This document shows positions 31,298 to 40,000 of a stretch of DNA of 40,000 nucleotides, one piece after another; within the stretch, counting starts at the first letter, position 1, and the number at the start of each line of letters is the position of its first letter. The notes beneath the pieces were generated by a model. It was given only the letters and a program-made list of their open reading frames with translations, did not search any database and was not told where the DNA came from. The position numbers were made by a program, and so were the translations under genes. Source of the stretch: Marinobacter salarius (GTDB lineage: Bacteria > Pseudomonadota > Gammaproteobacteria > Pseudomonadales > Oleiphilaceae); contig NZ_CP136693.1 of the NCBI RefSeq assembly GCF_032922745.1, forward strand, positions 2,514,967-2,554,966, in the 5' to 3' direction.

Positions 31298-31482
31298 CCT
31301 GTGCTTTTTGTCTTTTTTGAATGTCAGGGAAGCGGAAGTTCCGACATCGTGTCGTGGACAGTCAGTTCCGGAACAGGCCTCCGGTTCCCTTGATTGCAGC
31401 TTCTGCCAATCAGACATTGGGAAACCGGATTTCATAGTCCTGTAACGGGTGGGGTAGTGCATCCTCCGCCCTGAAGAAAAAG

Positions 31483-31525
31483 GGGGGTGAGTTTTCAGGG
31501 GGAGGAGGGGCGTAGAGGGATGAGA
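31483..31525 (+). promoter_or_regulatory. Three tandem MalT-box-like decamers upstream of lamB
   Basis: GGGGGTGAGT (31483), GGGGAGGAGG (31499) and AGGGATGAGA (31516) are spaced 16-17 nt start to start, compared with the E. coli MalT box GGGGA(T/G)GAGG. An inverted GGAGGAT lies at 31461..31467. Confidence 0.3.
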
Positions 31526-31566
31526 TGCTAAATCAGTGGTTTTGCTACCTTTAGACTGTGTGGTGC

Positions 31567-32439
31567 TCAGGTCGTCGGGAAGCGAGTTGGTTTCAGGCTT
31601 TCCTTGATTTTTTTAAGGTGGCCCAGGAAGTCTGCACCGCGCTTGAGAGTCACGCCGGTCGCGAGGATATCGATCACCGTCAGGTGAATAATGCGGGAGG
31701 ACATCGGCATATAAACCTCAGTGTCTTCCGGCGCGGTTACCTCGATGACCACGGTGCAGACCTCCGCCAGCGGAGAACCGGGCATGGTGATGCCAATAAC
31801 GGTAGCGCCGTTGGTGCGCGCATGCTGCGCAATCTCGACGGTTTCGCGGGTGCGCCCGGTGTAGGAAATCAGCACGATGACATCGCCCTTGGTGGCCCCC
31901 GCGGCAACCATGCGCTGCATCAGGGCGTCATCGTACGACATGACCGGGATATTGAAACGAAAGAACTTATGCTGGGCATCCATGGCAACGGGTGCGGAGC
32001 CGCCCATGCCGAAGAAGTTGATCTGCTTGGCCTGGATCAGATAGTCGATAGCCGACGCCAGTGCTTTTGGGTCAAGGGCCTGACGTGCCTTGTCCAGGCT
32101 GGCGATGGTGCTGAGCATGATCTTGTCGGAAAACTCTGCGACAGTGTCGTCGGGTTCCACATTCTGGCCAATATACGGTGTGCCAGTGGCAATGCTCTGG
32201 GCCAGGCGTATTTTAAAATCAGGAAAGCCGGTGGCTGAAAAGCCGCGACAGAAACGATTAACGGTTGGCTCACTGACGTCTGCTGCCCTTGCCAGAGCGG
32301 CAATGCTGTATCGGGTGGCGGCACTTGGGTCGCGAAGAATCGCTTCGGCAACCTTGCGCTCCGATTTATTGAGCGTGTCCAGTCTTAGCTGGATATCTTC
32401 GAGCAGGTTGTCATCGCGTTGCGCCTGGTTCGCAGCCAT
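31567..32439 (-). CDS. hexR: RpiR/HexR-family transcriptional regulator of central carbon metabolism
   Basis: ATG 32439 is preceded by GGGAG and gives 290 aa: [35 protein letters not shown]..., with an HTH ([12 protein letters not shown]) and a SIS domain. It is divergent from zwf, as in Pseudomonas. Confidence 0.85.
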   Translation of the reverse strand: MAANQAQRDDNLLEDIQLRLDTLNKSERKVAEAILRDPSAATRYSIAALARAADVSEPTVNRFCRGFSATGFPDFKIRLAQSIATGTPYIGQNVEPDDTVAEFSDKIMLSTIASLDKARQALDPKALASAIDYLIQAKQINFFGMGGSAPVAMDAQHKFFRFNIPVMSYDDALMQRMVAAGATKGDVIVLISYTGRTRETVEIAQHARTNGATVIGITMPGSPLAEVCTVVIEVTAPEDTEVYMPMSSRIIHLTVIDILATGVTLKRGADFLGHLKKIKESLKPTRFPTT

Positions 32440-32566
32440 TTGGGATACTCCCTGAATCATCGGCGTTCTTGTGAAAATCCGCGCTGATTATAGCGTGTTT
32501 TTGGGAGGTTTGTGGTAGTAAAAGTGTCATTAATTCGAAAATATCCTTGGAAAACGTCATATTTGG

Positions 32567-32595
32567 TGTCATTATTTGCATAAAATTACTACATT
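32567..32595. promoter_or_regulatory. Candidate HexR operator in the hexR-zwf divergent region
   Basis: A 27-nt imperfect palindrome TGTCATTATTTGCATAAAATTACTACA. On the minus strand it reads AATGTAGTAA-N7-CAAATAATG, and the same two blocks recur at 38555..38582. Confidence 0.35.
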
Positions 32596-32653
32596 GATGC
32601 CTCGAGTCGTGCAGTAGTGCGCTGCTGCATGAAAACAAAGAGAGAAGGAACCG

Positions 32654-34129
32654 ATGGCTGATCCGATAAATACCCGCTGTGACCTGATGATGTTTGGTGC
32701 GCTTGGTGACCTGGCGCAACGCAAACTGTTTCCCGCGCTGTATCAGCTTGAGCGTGCGGGGCTGCTCCATAAGGGCACTCGTATTTTAGCAATCGCGAGA
32801 AACAAGGCAGACAGCAGCGAGGTTCGCAAGATCCTTCTGGGCAAGTTGAAAGAGCACGTCAAGAAAGTCGAATTTGACGCCGAGGTGGCTGAGCAGTTCC
32901 TGCGGCGCGTGGATTACCAGTTCCTCGATTTTGCCAACCCTGATGGCTACGGTGCCCTCAACGACTGGCGCAGCACTGAACCCAGCAACCTGATTGTCTA
33001 CATGGCGACACCACCAGCCATGTACGGCGAGATTTCGCGTAACCTCAGGGCAAACAACTGCTGTGATCACAACACCCGGGTGGTTGTCGAAAAGCCAATC
33101 GGTCACGACCTGGAGTCGTCCAAGGTCATCAACGATGAGTTGGGCGAAGTCTACAACGAAAACCAATTGTTCCGTATCGACCATTATCTGGGTAAGGAAA
33201 CGGTCCAGAACCTGATCGCGCTGCGATTTGCCAACAACCTCTTTGCCTCGCAGTGGGACCAGAATCATATTTCCCACGTCGAGATATCCGTGGCTGAGAG
33301 TGTAGGTATCGAAGGCCGATGGGGCTATTTCGACAAAGCCGGTCAGGTTCGCGATATGGTGCAGAACCACCTTCTTCAACTCCTGTGCCTGATCGCCATG
33401 GATCCACCGTCGGACCTGTCTGCAGACAGTATCCGCAATGAGAAGGTGAAAGTGCTGAAGGCGATGCGCCGCATCACTCCGGACATGATGGATACCCATG
33501 TGGTGCGCGGGCAGTACACCGCTGGCACCAGTGGCGGAAAGCCCGTGCCTGGCTACCTGGAAGAAGAGGGTGCGGCTCGCGGCAGCAAGACCGAAACCTT
33601 CGTGGCCCTGAAAGCCGAGATCGATAACTGGCGCTGGTCCGGCGTGCCGTTCTACATCCGCACGGGCAAGCGCCTGCCGGAAAAGCTGTCGCAGATCATT
33701 ATTCACTTCAAGCCGGCGCCACACTACATCTTTGATCCGGATCAGAAGCACCTGGCGAACAATAAACTCATCATCCGCTTGCAGCCGGACGAGGGCATGT
33801 CCCTGCAAATTCTGACCAAGGACCAGGGTCTGGATAAAGGTATGCGCCTGCGCCAGGGGCCTCTGGAACTGACGTTCTCGGAAACCTTCGAAACCGATCG
33901 TATCCCGGACGCCTACGAGCGCCTGCTCTGGGAGGTCATGAAAGGCAATCAGTATCTGTTCGTCCGTCGCGACGAAGTGGAACACGCCTGGCAATGGGTT
34001 GACCAGATCATGCGCAATTGGGACGACAGTGGCGTGCCGCCAAAACGTTACGCCGCAGGTACCTGGGGCCCGGTTGCCTCCATCGCCATGATTACCCGTG
34101 ACGGAAGGAGCTGGTATGAAGATGCGTGA
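32654..34129 (+). CDS. zwf: Glucose-6-phosphate 1-dehydrogenase
   Basis: 491 aa with the dinucleotide-binding N-terminus [18 protein letters not shown] and the active-site motif RIDHYLGKE. Confidence 0.95.
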   Translation: MADPINTRCDLMMFGALGDLAQRKLFPALYQLERAGLLHKGTRILAIARNKADSSEVRKILLGKLKEHVKKVEFDAEVAEQFLRRVDYQFLDFANPDGYGALNDWRSTEPSNLIVYMATPPAMYGEISRNLRANNCCDHNTRVVVEKPIGHDLESSKVINDELGEVYNENQLFRIDHYLGKETVQNLIALRFANNLFASQWDQNHISHVEISVAESVGIEGRWGYFDKAGQVRDMVQNHLLQLLCLIAMDPPSDLSADSIRNEKVKVLKAMRRITPDMMDTHVVRGQYTAGTSGGKPVPGYLEEEGAARGSKTETFVALKAEIDNWRWSGVPFYIRTGKRLPEKLSQIIIHFKPAPHYIFDPDQKHLANNKLIIRLQPDEGMSLQILTKDQGLDKGMRLRQGPLELTFSETFETDRIPDAYERLLWEVMKGNQYLFVRRDEVEHAWQWVDQIMRNWDDSGVPPKRYAAGTWGPVASIAMITRDGRSWYEDA

Positions 34130-34835
34130 CCTGAACCTGCCGGAGTCGGTGGATGCGTATTTTTTTGATACCCCCAACGACACCGCAGTTGCGTTGGCGA
34201 ATGCGGTCGCGAAGCACCTCTCGGAGCGGCTTCTGATCGCGCCGCGTGCCAGCCTTGTGGTGTCTGGTGGATCAACCCCGATGCCATTTTTCGAGGCCTT
34301 GCGGGAAAAGCCGCTGGATTGGGCGCGCATTGATGTATTGCTGGCGGACGAGCGCTGGGTGTCCGAAGACGATAAAGACAGCAATACCCGCCTGGTGCGG
34401 GAAAACCTGTTACAGGGCCCCGCCTCGGAAGCCCGATACCTGTCCCTCAAGCAGCCCGGCGATACGCCGGCCGAAGGTTTGGCGGCCGTGGAGTCGGCCC
34501 TGGAAGGGCTCCATCTGCCGCTGGATGTGCTGATCCTGGGCATGGGCAACGACGGCCATACCGCGTCACTGTTTCCCGATGCGCCGGAGTTGGATCAAGC
34601 CCTTGATACGGATTCGGCGGAAGTCGTGGCTCCGATGACGCCGCCTTCCCAGCCCCAGAAGCGAATTACGCTGACACTGCGGGCCTTGAGCCGCGCGGGT
34701 TTCACGGGGATGCACCTGAAAGGGGATGACAAGCTGAAAACCTTGCAGGCTGCCTGCAGTGATATCGGAAATATCCGCGAAATGCCCGTCCGCGCTTTCC
34801 TGAAACCGGGGCTGCAGGTTTATTGGAGCGCTTGA
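34116..34835 (+). CDS. pgl: 6-phosphogluconolactonase
   Basis: ATG 34116 follows AAGGAG and overlaps the zwf 3' end by 14 nt. The protein has LVVSGGSTP and [15 protein letters not shown] motifs. Confidence 0.9.
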   Translation: MKMRDLNLPESVDAYFFDTPNDTAVALANAVAKHLSERLLIAPRASLVVSGGSTPMPFFEALREKPLDWARIDVLLADERWVSEDDKDSNTRLVRENLLQGPASEARYLSLKQPGDTPAEGLAAVESALEGLHLPLDVLILGMGNDGHTASLFPDAPELDQALDTDSAEVVAPMTPPSQPQKRITLTLRALSRAGFTGMHLKGDDKLKTLQAACSDIGNIREMPVRAFLKPGLQVYWSA

Positions 34836-34872
34836 AGCTGTTTGCCCGAGATTTGTTATACCGGAGATATGT

Positions 34873-35520
34873 ATGAACCAATTGTCTAATTTTCACCGCG
34901 AGCGCGTCCAGGCGGTCTTGAACGCTTCCCCGCTTGTTCCGGTGATTACCATTAACCACCCGGACGAAGCGCTGCCACTTTGCCGCGCCCTGGTTGACGG
35001 TGGCATCCGCGTGCTGGAAATCACCCTGCGTACGCCCCACGGCATGAAAGCCATCGAGCAGGTAAGGAAAGCCATCCCCGAAGCCTGGGTAGGGGCCGGA
35101 ACGGTCACCAGCATTGCCCAATACCGCCAGGTCGAAGCCGCGGGCGCCCAGTTCGTAATCACGCCGGGCGTCACCGAGGCGATTCTGGAGTTCGGTGTTA
35201 CCTCGGAAGCGCCGTTGCTGCCGGGCATTTCAACGATTTCGGAGCTGATGGTTGGCTACAACCTTGGCTACCGTGAATTCAAGTTCTTCCCAGCCGAAGT
35301 CGCCGGCGGTATCCCCGCCCTGAAGGCTTTCTCTGGCCCTTTCCCGGACGTTACCTTCTGCCCGACCGGCGGTATCCGCCGCAACACTGCCAAGGACTAT
35401 CTGGCCCTTAAGAACGTCTCGGCCGTTGGTGGCACCTGGTTGACCCCTGGTGATGCGGTTGCTTCCGGTGATTGGGGGCAGATTTCTGAGATTGTTCGTG
35501 GGAGCCTTGGTGACCTTTGA
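34873..35520 (+). CDS. eda: 2-keto-3-deoxy-6-phosphogluconate (KDPG) aldolase
   Basis: 215 aa. LEITLRTP, GAGTV and FKFFPA (Schiff-base lysine region) are typical of Eda. Confidence 0.9.
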   Translation: MNQLSNFHRERVQAVLNASPLVPVITINHPDEALPLCRALVDGGIRVLEITLRTPHGMKAIEQVRKAIPEAWVGAGTVTSIAQYRQVEAAGAQFVITPGVTEAILEFGVTSEAPLLPGISTISELMVGYNLGYREFKFFPAEVAGGIPALKAFSGPFPDVTFCPTGGIRRNTAKDYLALKNVSAVGGTWLTPGDAVASGDWGQISEIVRGSLGDL

Positions 35521-35565
35521 CCTGTGAGTTATCTGCGGGCTGTAGCCTGAGATATCGGGGTGTTC

Positions 35566-35673
35566 GCGGTTGGTGGCAGGGCCGTTCGGGAAACGCTACG
35601 AGCACATCCATGTGCGCTTGGAATTGGCCATCCTTGGCCAATTACATTCCCGAACGGCCCTGCCACCAACCGC
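35566..35673 (+). repeat. Structured palindromic repeat, copy 1: outer 26-27 bp perfect stem plus a 55-nt conserved core
   Basis: Arms are 35566..35591 gcggttggtggcagggccgttcggga and 35648..35673, its exact reverse complement. The core is at 35594..35648. Confidence 0.75.
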
Positions 35674-35825
35674 TTGTTCCGGTCTCAGAGGTGTCTCCCT
35701 GGCTGCTTGAAGTGCTTTGAGTCAATGTTTTGCGTGAAGAAGAGGGAGGCTAGCTTTGGTCATTCCGGCGAATAACGCGTTGTAAACAAGAGTGTGGTCT
35801 AGCGATATCCGATTGGTCTAAGCAA

Positions 35826-35933
35826 GAGGCTGCGGGGCGGGGCTTCCCAAAATGTAATTGGCCAGGGATGGCCAATTCCAAGCGCACATGGATGTGCTCG
35901 TAGCGGTTTTGGGAAGCCCCGCCCCGCAGCCTC
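35826..35933 (-). repeat. Structured palindromic repeat, copy 2 (inverted relative to copy 1)
   Basis: Arms are 35826..35852 gaggctgcggggcggggcttcccaaaa and 35907..35933, its exact reverse complement. The core at 35851..35905 is the reverse complement of the copy 1 core, identical at 54 of 55 positions. Confidence 0.75.
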
Positions 35934-35983
35934 AAGGCACCAAAACCATCAGGCTACAAAAGACGACACCTCCCAATTCCCGT

Positions 35984-37432
35984 CTAGCGAATATCAGCCC
36001 CAACACGAACAATCTTCATAGTGTTCGTGCCGCCCTGGGCATTCACATAATCGCCCTTGGTAATCACCACCAGGTCACCCTCTTTGACGGCCCCCATCCG
36101 AACCAGTTCAGCCACCGCGCGCGAGTTTGTCTGCTCGGGCGGAATCGTCGCCGAATCAAAAGGCACCGTCTGTACGCCTCGGAACATCGTCACCCGATGC
36201 TGGGTAGAATGATTGCGCGAGAAGGCAAAAATCGGAAGGCTGGATTTGATGCGCGACATCAGCAGGGGAGTGGCACCGGTTTCCGACATGCAGATAATCG
36301 ATGTCACACCGTCCAGGTGATTCGCCGCATACATAGCGGACAGCGCGATCGCCTCATCCACATGCTCCATGCTTTCATGGATGCGGTGCTTGGACTGATG
36401 CATCGACGGATGCTTTTCTGCGCCCATGCAAATTCGCACCATGGCTTCCACCGCTTCCGTGGGGTAGTCGCCGACCGCCGTTTCTGCAGACAGCATGACC
36501 GCGTCGGTGTAATCCATAACCGCGTTCGCCACGTCGGAAACCTCCGCCCGTGTGGGCATCGGGCTCTCGATCATCGATTCCATCATCTGGGTGGCGGTAA
36601 TCACCACTGTGTTCAGGGCGCGGGCGCGATTGATGATGTGCTTCTGAACGCCCACCAACTCGGCGTCGCCAATCTCAACAGCAAGATCACCCCTGGCCAC
36701 CATAACCGCGTCCGACGCATCGATGACCGCATCCAGAGCGGCGTTGTCGTGGGCCAGTTCCGCGCGTTCAATCTTGGCAACCAGGCGTGCTTCCGAGCCG
36801 GCTTCCTTCAGCAGGCGGCGGGCAACATGCATGTCTTCGGCTGTGCGTACAAACGACACTGCGACATAATCGGCACCCAGGCGGGCGGCGGTTTTGATGT
36901 CCTGCTTGTCTTTCTCGGTCAGGGCTTCGGCGGACAGGCCGCCGCCGCGCTTGTTCAGGCCCTTGTTGTTGGACAGGGGGCCGCCGATAAGAACGCGGGA
37001 GGAGATGCTGGTGCCGTCGACGGACTCGACCTCCATCTCGATGCGGCCGTCGTCCAGTACCAGGATGTCGCCTGGTTTGACATCTTCGATCAGCTGCTCG
37101 TAATCAATGCCGACGCGCTCTTCATTGCCGGCTTCCTTATCCATGCTGGCGTCCAGGATAAACTGTTGGCCGGCCTTGAGGGTCACCTTGTTTTCCGCGA
37201 AGCGCGCGATTCGAAGTTTCGGCCCCTGGAGGTCGGCGAGCAGGGCGACAAACCGGCCATTGGTGGCGGCAGATTCCCGCACCCGTCGGGCGCGTTGGAT
37301 ATGGTCCTCTGCGCTGCCATGGGAAAAATTCAATCTCGTAACATCGACACCTGCAGCAATAATGGCCGACAGTGATTCCGGTGAATCGGTGGCGGGGCCG
37401 AGAGTGGCGACGATCTTGGTGCGCCTTAGCAT
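35984..37432 (-). CDS. pykA: Pyruvate kinase
   Basis: 482 aa starting [19 protein letters not shown]..., with [12 protein letters not shown] and other PK motifs. Confidence 0.9.
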   Translation of the reverse strand: MLRRTKIVATLGPATDSPESLSAIIAAGVDVTRLNFSHGSAEDHIQRARRVRESAATNGRFVALLADLQGPKLRIARFAENKVTLKAGQQFILDASMDKEAGNEERVGIDYEQLIEDVKPGDILVLDDGRIEMEVESVDGTSISSRVLIGGPLSNNKGLNKRGGGLSAEALTEKDKQDIKTAARLGADYVAVSFVRTAEDMHVARRLLKEAGSEARLVAKIERAELAHDNAALDAVIDASDAVMVARGDLAVEIGDAELVGVQKHIINRARALNTVVITATQMMESMIESPMPTRAEVSDVANAVMDYTDAVMLSAETAVGDYPTEAVEAMVRICMGAEKHPSMHQSKHRIHESMEHVDEAIALSAMYAANHLDGVTSIICMSETGATPLLMSRIKSSLPIFAFSRNHSTQHRVTMFRGVQTVPFDSATIPPEQTNSRAVAELVRMGAVKEGDLVVITKGDYVNAQGGTNTMKIVRVGADIR

Positions 37433-37502
37433 GGTTCCAGTTTCCTTTTGTTTTTCCGTGAAGCTTTCCGGTTGTGCTGGACGAAAGGGCGGACGAGCAA
37501 AG

Positions 37503-38510
37503 TTACTGGCTCGCCTTTTTCATCAGCGCCACAGCGTTATCGAGCATCCGGTTGGAGAAGCCCCATTCATTGTCGTACCAGGCCATGACTTTCGCGTGAC
37601 GGCCCATGGCCCGTGTGTGATTGGCGTCGAAAATGCTGGACAGGGCGTTGTGGTTGAAGTCCACACTAACCAGTTTCTCTGCGTTGTAGCCAAGGACCGG
37701 GTTGTTTTCCGCTGCAGCTTTCACGACCTCGTTGATTTCTTCCACGGTGGTGTCGCGGCTGGCAATGAAGCCGAAATCCACCAGGGAAACGTTGATAGTA
37801 GGAACCCGCACGGCCAGTCCGTCAAGTTTTCCGGACAGTTCCGGGATCACCTTGCCAATGGCTGCGGCTGCACCGGTTTTTGTCGGGATCATGGACTGGG
37901 TGGCCGAGCGCGCGCGATACAGGTCAGAGTGGTAAACGTCGCTCAGTTTCTGGTCATTGGTGTACGAGTGGATCGTGGTCATCAGGCCACTCTCAATGCC
38001 AATTTTCCTGTGCAATGCTTCAACAACCGGTGCCAGGCAGTTGGTGGTGCAGGAGGCGTTGGAGATGATGTTGTGTTCGGCGGTGAGAACGTCGTCGTTG
38101 ACTCCGTAGACAACCATCGCGTCGGCGTCAGAAGAGGGGGCTGAGATAATGACTTTGCGTGCGCCGGCCTTGAGGTGGCCCTCTGCCTTGTCACGGGCGG
38201 TAAACAGGCCAGTGCACTCGAAGACCACATCCACATGGTAGTCTTTCCACGGCAGTTCTTCGGGGTTACGGATGGCGGTGATGGCGATGTGGTCACCGTT
38301 GACGGAGAGTGACTCGGCATCGTGGTTCACAATGCCGTTGAAGCGACCGTGCACGCTGTCGTATTTGAGCAGGTGAGCGTTGGTTTCGGCGTCACCCAGG
38401 TCGTTTATGGCTACCACCTGAATCTGGTTTCGGTAGTCGTTTTCATAAAGTGCGCGGAGAACATTCCGGCCAATGCGACCAAAGCCGTTAATTGCGATAC
38501 GAATAGTCAT
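37503..38510 (-). CDS. gapA: Glyceraldehyde-3-phosphate dehydrogenase
   Basis: An internal ATG at 38510 gives [21 protein letters not shown]... (335 aa). The active site is [12 protein letters not shown]. Confidence 0.9.
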   Translation of the reverse strand: MTIRIAINGFGRIGRNVLRALYENDYRNQIQVVAINDLGDAETNAHLLKYDSVHGRFNGIVNHDAESLSVNGDHIAITAIRNPEELPWKDYHVDVVFECTGLFTARDKAEGHLKAGARKVIISAPSSDADAMVVYGVNDDVLTAEHNIISNASCTTNCLAPVVEALHRKIGIESGLMTTIHSYTNDQKLSDVYHSDLYRARSATQSMIPTKTGAAAAIGKVIPELSGKLDGLAVRVPTINVSLVDFGFIASRDTTVEEINEVVKAAAENNPVLGYNAEKLVSVDFNHNALSSIFDANHTRAMGRHAKVMAWYDNEWGFSNRMLDNAVALMKKASQ

Positions 38511-38554
38511 GTTCTGACTCCAGATTTGTCTGTTTATTGTTCGTTTGAGTGGGT

Positions 38555-38582
38555 AATGTAGTAAATATAACAACAAATAATG
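38555..38582. promoter_or_regulatory. Candidate HexR operator in the gapA-edd divergent region
   Basis: AATGTAGTAA-N9-CAAATAATG; the same two blocks occur in the hexR-zwf region. Confidence 0.35.
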
Positions 38583-38678
38583 GAAAAATGAATGGATGAC
38601 GGGTGAAAATAGCAAAAAAAGAAAGTAAACTTACGGGAATAAAAAAGTAATTAGATAACAAGTTTCAGGAGACCCACT

Positions 38679-40000
38679 ATGCACCCGACCGTAGACGCGG
38701 TTACCAAGCGGATTATTGAGCGCAGTCGCGCCACCCGGCAAGATTACCTGGACAGGATGGGAGAGCTCAAAGCCCAGTCACCCCAGCGCAGCACGCTGTC
38801 CTGCGGCAACCTGGCTCACGGCTTTGCCGCCTGTAACCAGTCCGATAAAGACACTCTCAAATTCATGAACAAGGCCAATGTGGCCATTGTCTCCGCCTAC
38901 AACGACATGTTGTCGGCCCACCAACCCTATCAGGACTTTCCGGATGTGATTCGCAAAGCGGCCAACGGAATGGGCTCGGTGGCGCAGTTTGCCGGTGGCA
39001 CTCCGGCCATGTGTGACGGTGTGACCCAGGGCCAGCCGGGCATGGAGCTGAGCTTGTTTTCGCGCGACACCATCGCCATGAGTGCATCGGTTGCCCTGAG
39101 CCACAATATGTTCGATGCGACAATGTTGCTCGGCATCTGTGACAAGATCGTTCCTGGTCTGCTGATTGGGTCGCTTAGCTTTGGTTACCTGCCGACCATC
39201 CTGGTGCCGGCCGGACCCATGCCGTCAGGGCTTCCCAATAAAGAGAAGCAGCGTATTCGTCAACTCTATGCCGAGGGCAAGATCGGCAAGGACGAGTTGC
39301 TGGAGGCGGAGTCCCAGTCCTACCACAGCCCCGGTACCTGCACTTTTTATGGCACCGCCAACAGCAATCAGCTTCTGGTAGAGGTGATGGGGCTGCACCT
39401 GCCAGGGTCGGCCTTCGTAAATCCGGGAACGCCGCTGCGTGAAGCGTTAACCCGCGAGGCGACTGAGCAGGTTATCCGGCTGTCCAAACCCCACGGAGGC
39501 ACGCTGGGCCTGGGCGATATGGTGGATGAAAAGAGTATCGTGAATGCGCTGGTGGCACTGCTGGTGACTGGTGGCTCCACCAACCACACCATTCACTGGA
39601 TCGCCATCGCCCGGGCTGCCGGCATCATTATCGACTGGAACGACTACTCCGAGTTGTCATCGGCGGTGCCTTCCATGACGCGTATTTACCCCAACGGCCA
39701 GGAGGACGTGAATGCCTTCCACGAAGCCGGGGGAACGCCGTTCCTGATCCGTGAGTTGCTGAGTGCGGGCCTGCTTCACAATGATGTCGAGACAGTTGTG
39801 GGGTATGGGTTGGAGCAGTACGCACGTATGCCGGAAATGGAGAATGATAGGCTGGTGTGGAAGCCGGCGCCTGAAAAAAGTACCAAGCCGGATGTACTGA
39901 GTACAGCCACGGAACCCTTTGCGCCGGACGGCGGGTTGCGGGTTTTGGATGGCAATCTTGGCCGTGGCGTGATCAAGGTATCGGCCGTTGCGGAGGAGCA
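38679..40000 (+). CDS. edd: Phosphogluconate dehydratase (Entner-Doudoroff); 3' end lies outside the window
   Basis: My own translation from ATG 38679 (Shine-Dalgarno CAGGAG) reads [27 protein letters not shown]...[11 protein letters not shown]...[21 protein letters not shown]...CDKIVPGLL...[14 protein letters not shown]. From memory this is collinear with E. coli Edd. The ORF has no stop in the window and so is absent from the track. Confidence 0.9.
   Translation, partial: MHPTVDAVTKRIIERSRATRQDYLDRMGELKAQSPQRSTLSCGNLAHGFAACNQSDKDTLKFMNKANVAIVSAYNDMLSAHQPYQDFPDVIRKAANGMGSVAQFAGGTPAMCDGVTQGQPGMELSLFSRDTIAMSASVALSHNMFDATMLLGICDKIVPGLLIGSLSFGYLPTILVPAGPMPSGLPNKEKQRIRQLYAEGKIGKDELLEAESQSYHSPGTCTFYGTANSNQLLVEVMGLHLPGSAFVNPGTPLREALTREATEQVIRLSKPHGGTLGLGDMVDEKSIVNALVALLVTGGSTNHTIHWIAIARAAGIIIDWNDYSELSSAVPSMTRIYPNGQEDVNAFHEAGGTPFLIRELLSAGLLHNDVETVVGYGLEQYARMPEMENDRLVWKPAPEKSTKPDVLSTATEPFAPDGGLRVLDGNLGRGVIKVSAVAEE

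Noticed and set aside
32786-34549. 587-aa minus-strand ORF
   Set aside because: It is antisense to zwf and pgl and is a shadow frame.
35566-35933. The idea that the two hairpin repeats are a CRISPR remnant, a retron ncRNA or IS ends
   Set aside because: There are only two copies, in inverted orientation, with no spacer periodicity or cas genes. No RT is adjacent; the only RT lies 10 kb away inside the intron. Only 152 nt with no transposase ORF lies between them. The repeats are kept as an unexplained finding rather than assigned to any of these classes.
35858-37375. 505-aa plus-strand ORF
   Set aside because: It is antisense to pykA. Its first 25 or so codons come from repeat copy 2 (MARDGQFQAHMDVLVA...), and the similar peptide from copy 1 (ORF 35408..35641) is a by-product of the repeat, not evidence of coding.
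37107-38144. 345-aa plus-strand ORF
   Set aside because: It is antisense to the pykA 5' end and the gapA 3' part, and crosses their intergenic spacer. It has no coding features.
1-40000. Search for a defence island, toxin-antitoxin pair, prophage or integron
   Set aside because: Every sizeable ORF is accounted for by housekeeping, carbohydrate or intron functions. Apart from the intron there are no integrase, transposase, nuclease-helicase or small paired ORF arrangements.

Overview
This window looks like gammaproteobacterial chromosome of about 57% GC, with Pseudomonas/Marinobacter-like gene order. It is almost entirely housekeeping and central-carbon genes. Left to right: a truncated sulfatase-like membrane protein divergent from an unknown lipoprotein; an AapJQMP-type general amino-acid ABC transporter; lpxH-ppiB; glnS; cysS; malate synthase G; folD; a Pro-Arg-His-Leu tRNA operon; tig-clpP-clpX-lon-hupB-ppiD; an intact group II intron; a starch/maltodextrin module (CBM-like lipoprotein, lipoprotein pullulanase, maltoporin); and an Entner-Doudoroff/glycolysis cluster (hexR, zwf-pgl-eda, pykA-gapA, edd, the last truncated at the window end). 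I found no CRISPR array, prophage or recognisable defence locus. Three items stand out. (1) A compact class C (IIC)-type group II intron lies 4 nt after the T-run of a terminator hairpin, and its 3' end now supplies, in antisense, the last two codons and the stop of the convergent lipoprotein gene. (2) Two copies of a roughly 108-nt structured repeat lie between eda and pykA. Their 55-nt core is nearly identical, while the 26-27 bp outer stems differ between copies yet are perfectly self-complementary. Each copy sits 45-50 nt after a gene end, in the same orientation relative to that gene. (3) There are candidate regulator sites: a bipartite motif shared by the hexR/zwf and gapA/edd divergent regions, and MalT-box-like decamers upstream of lamB. 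All calls rest on reading the sequence and the ORF translations and on family knowledge from memory; no searches were run.
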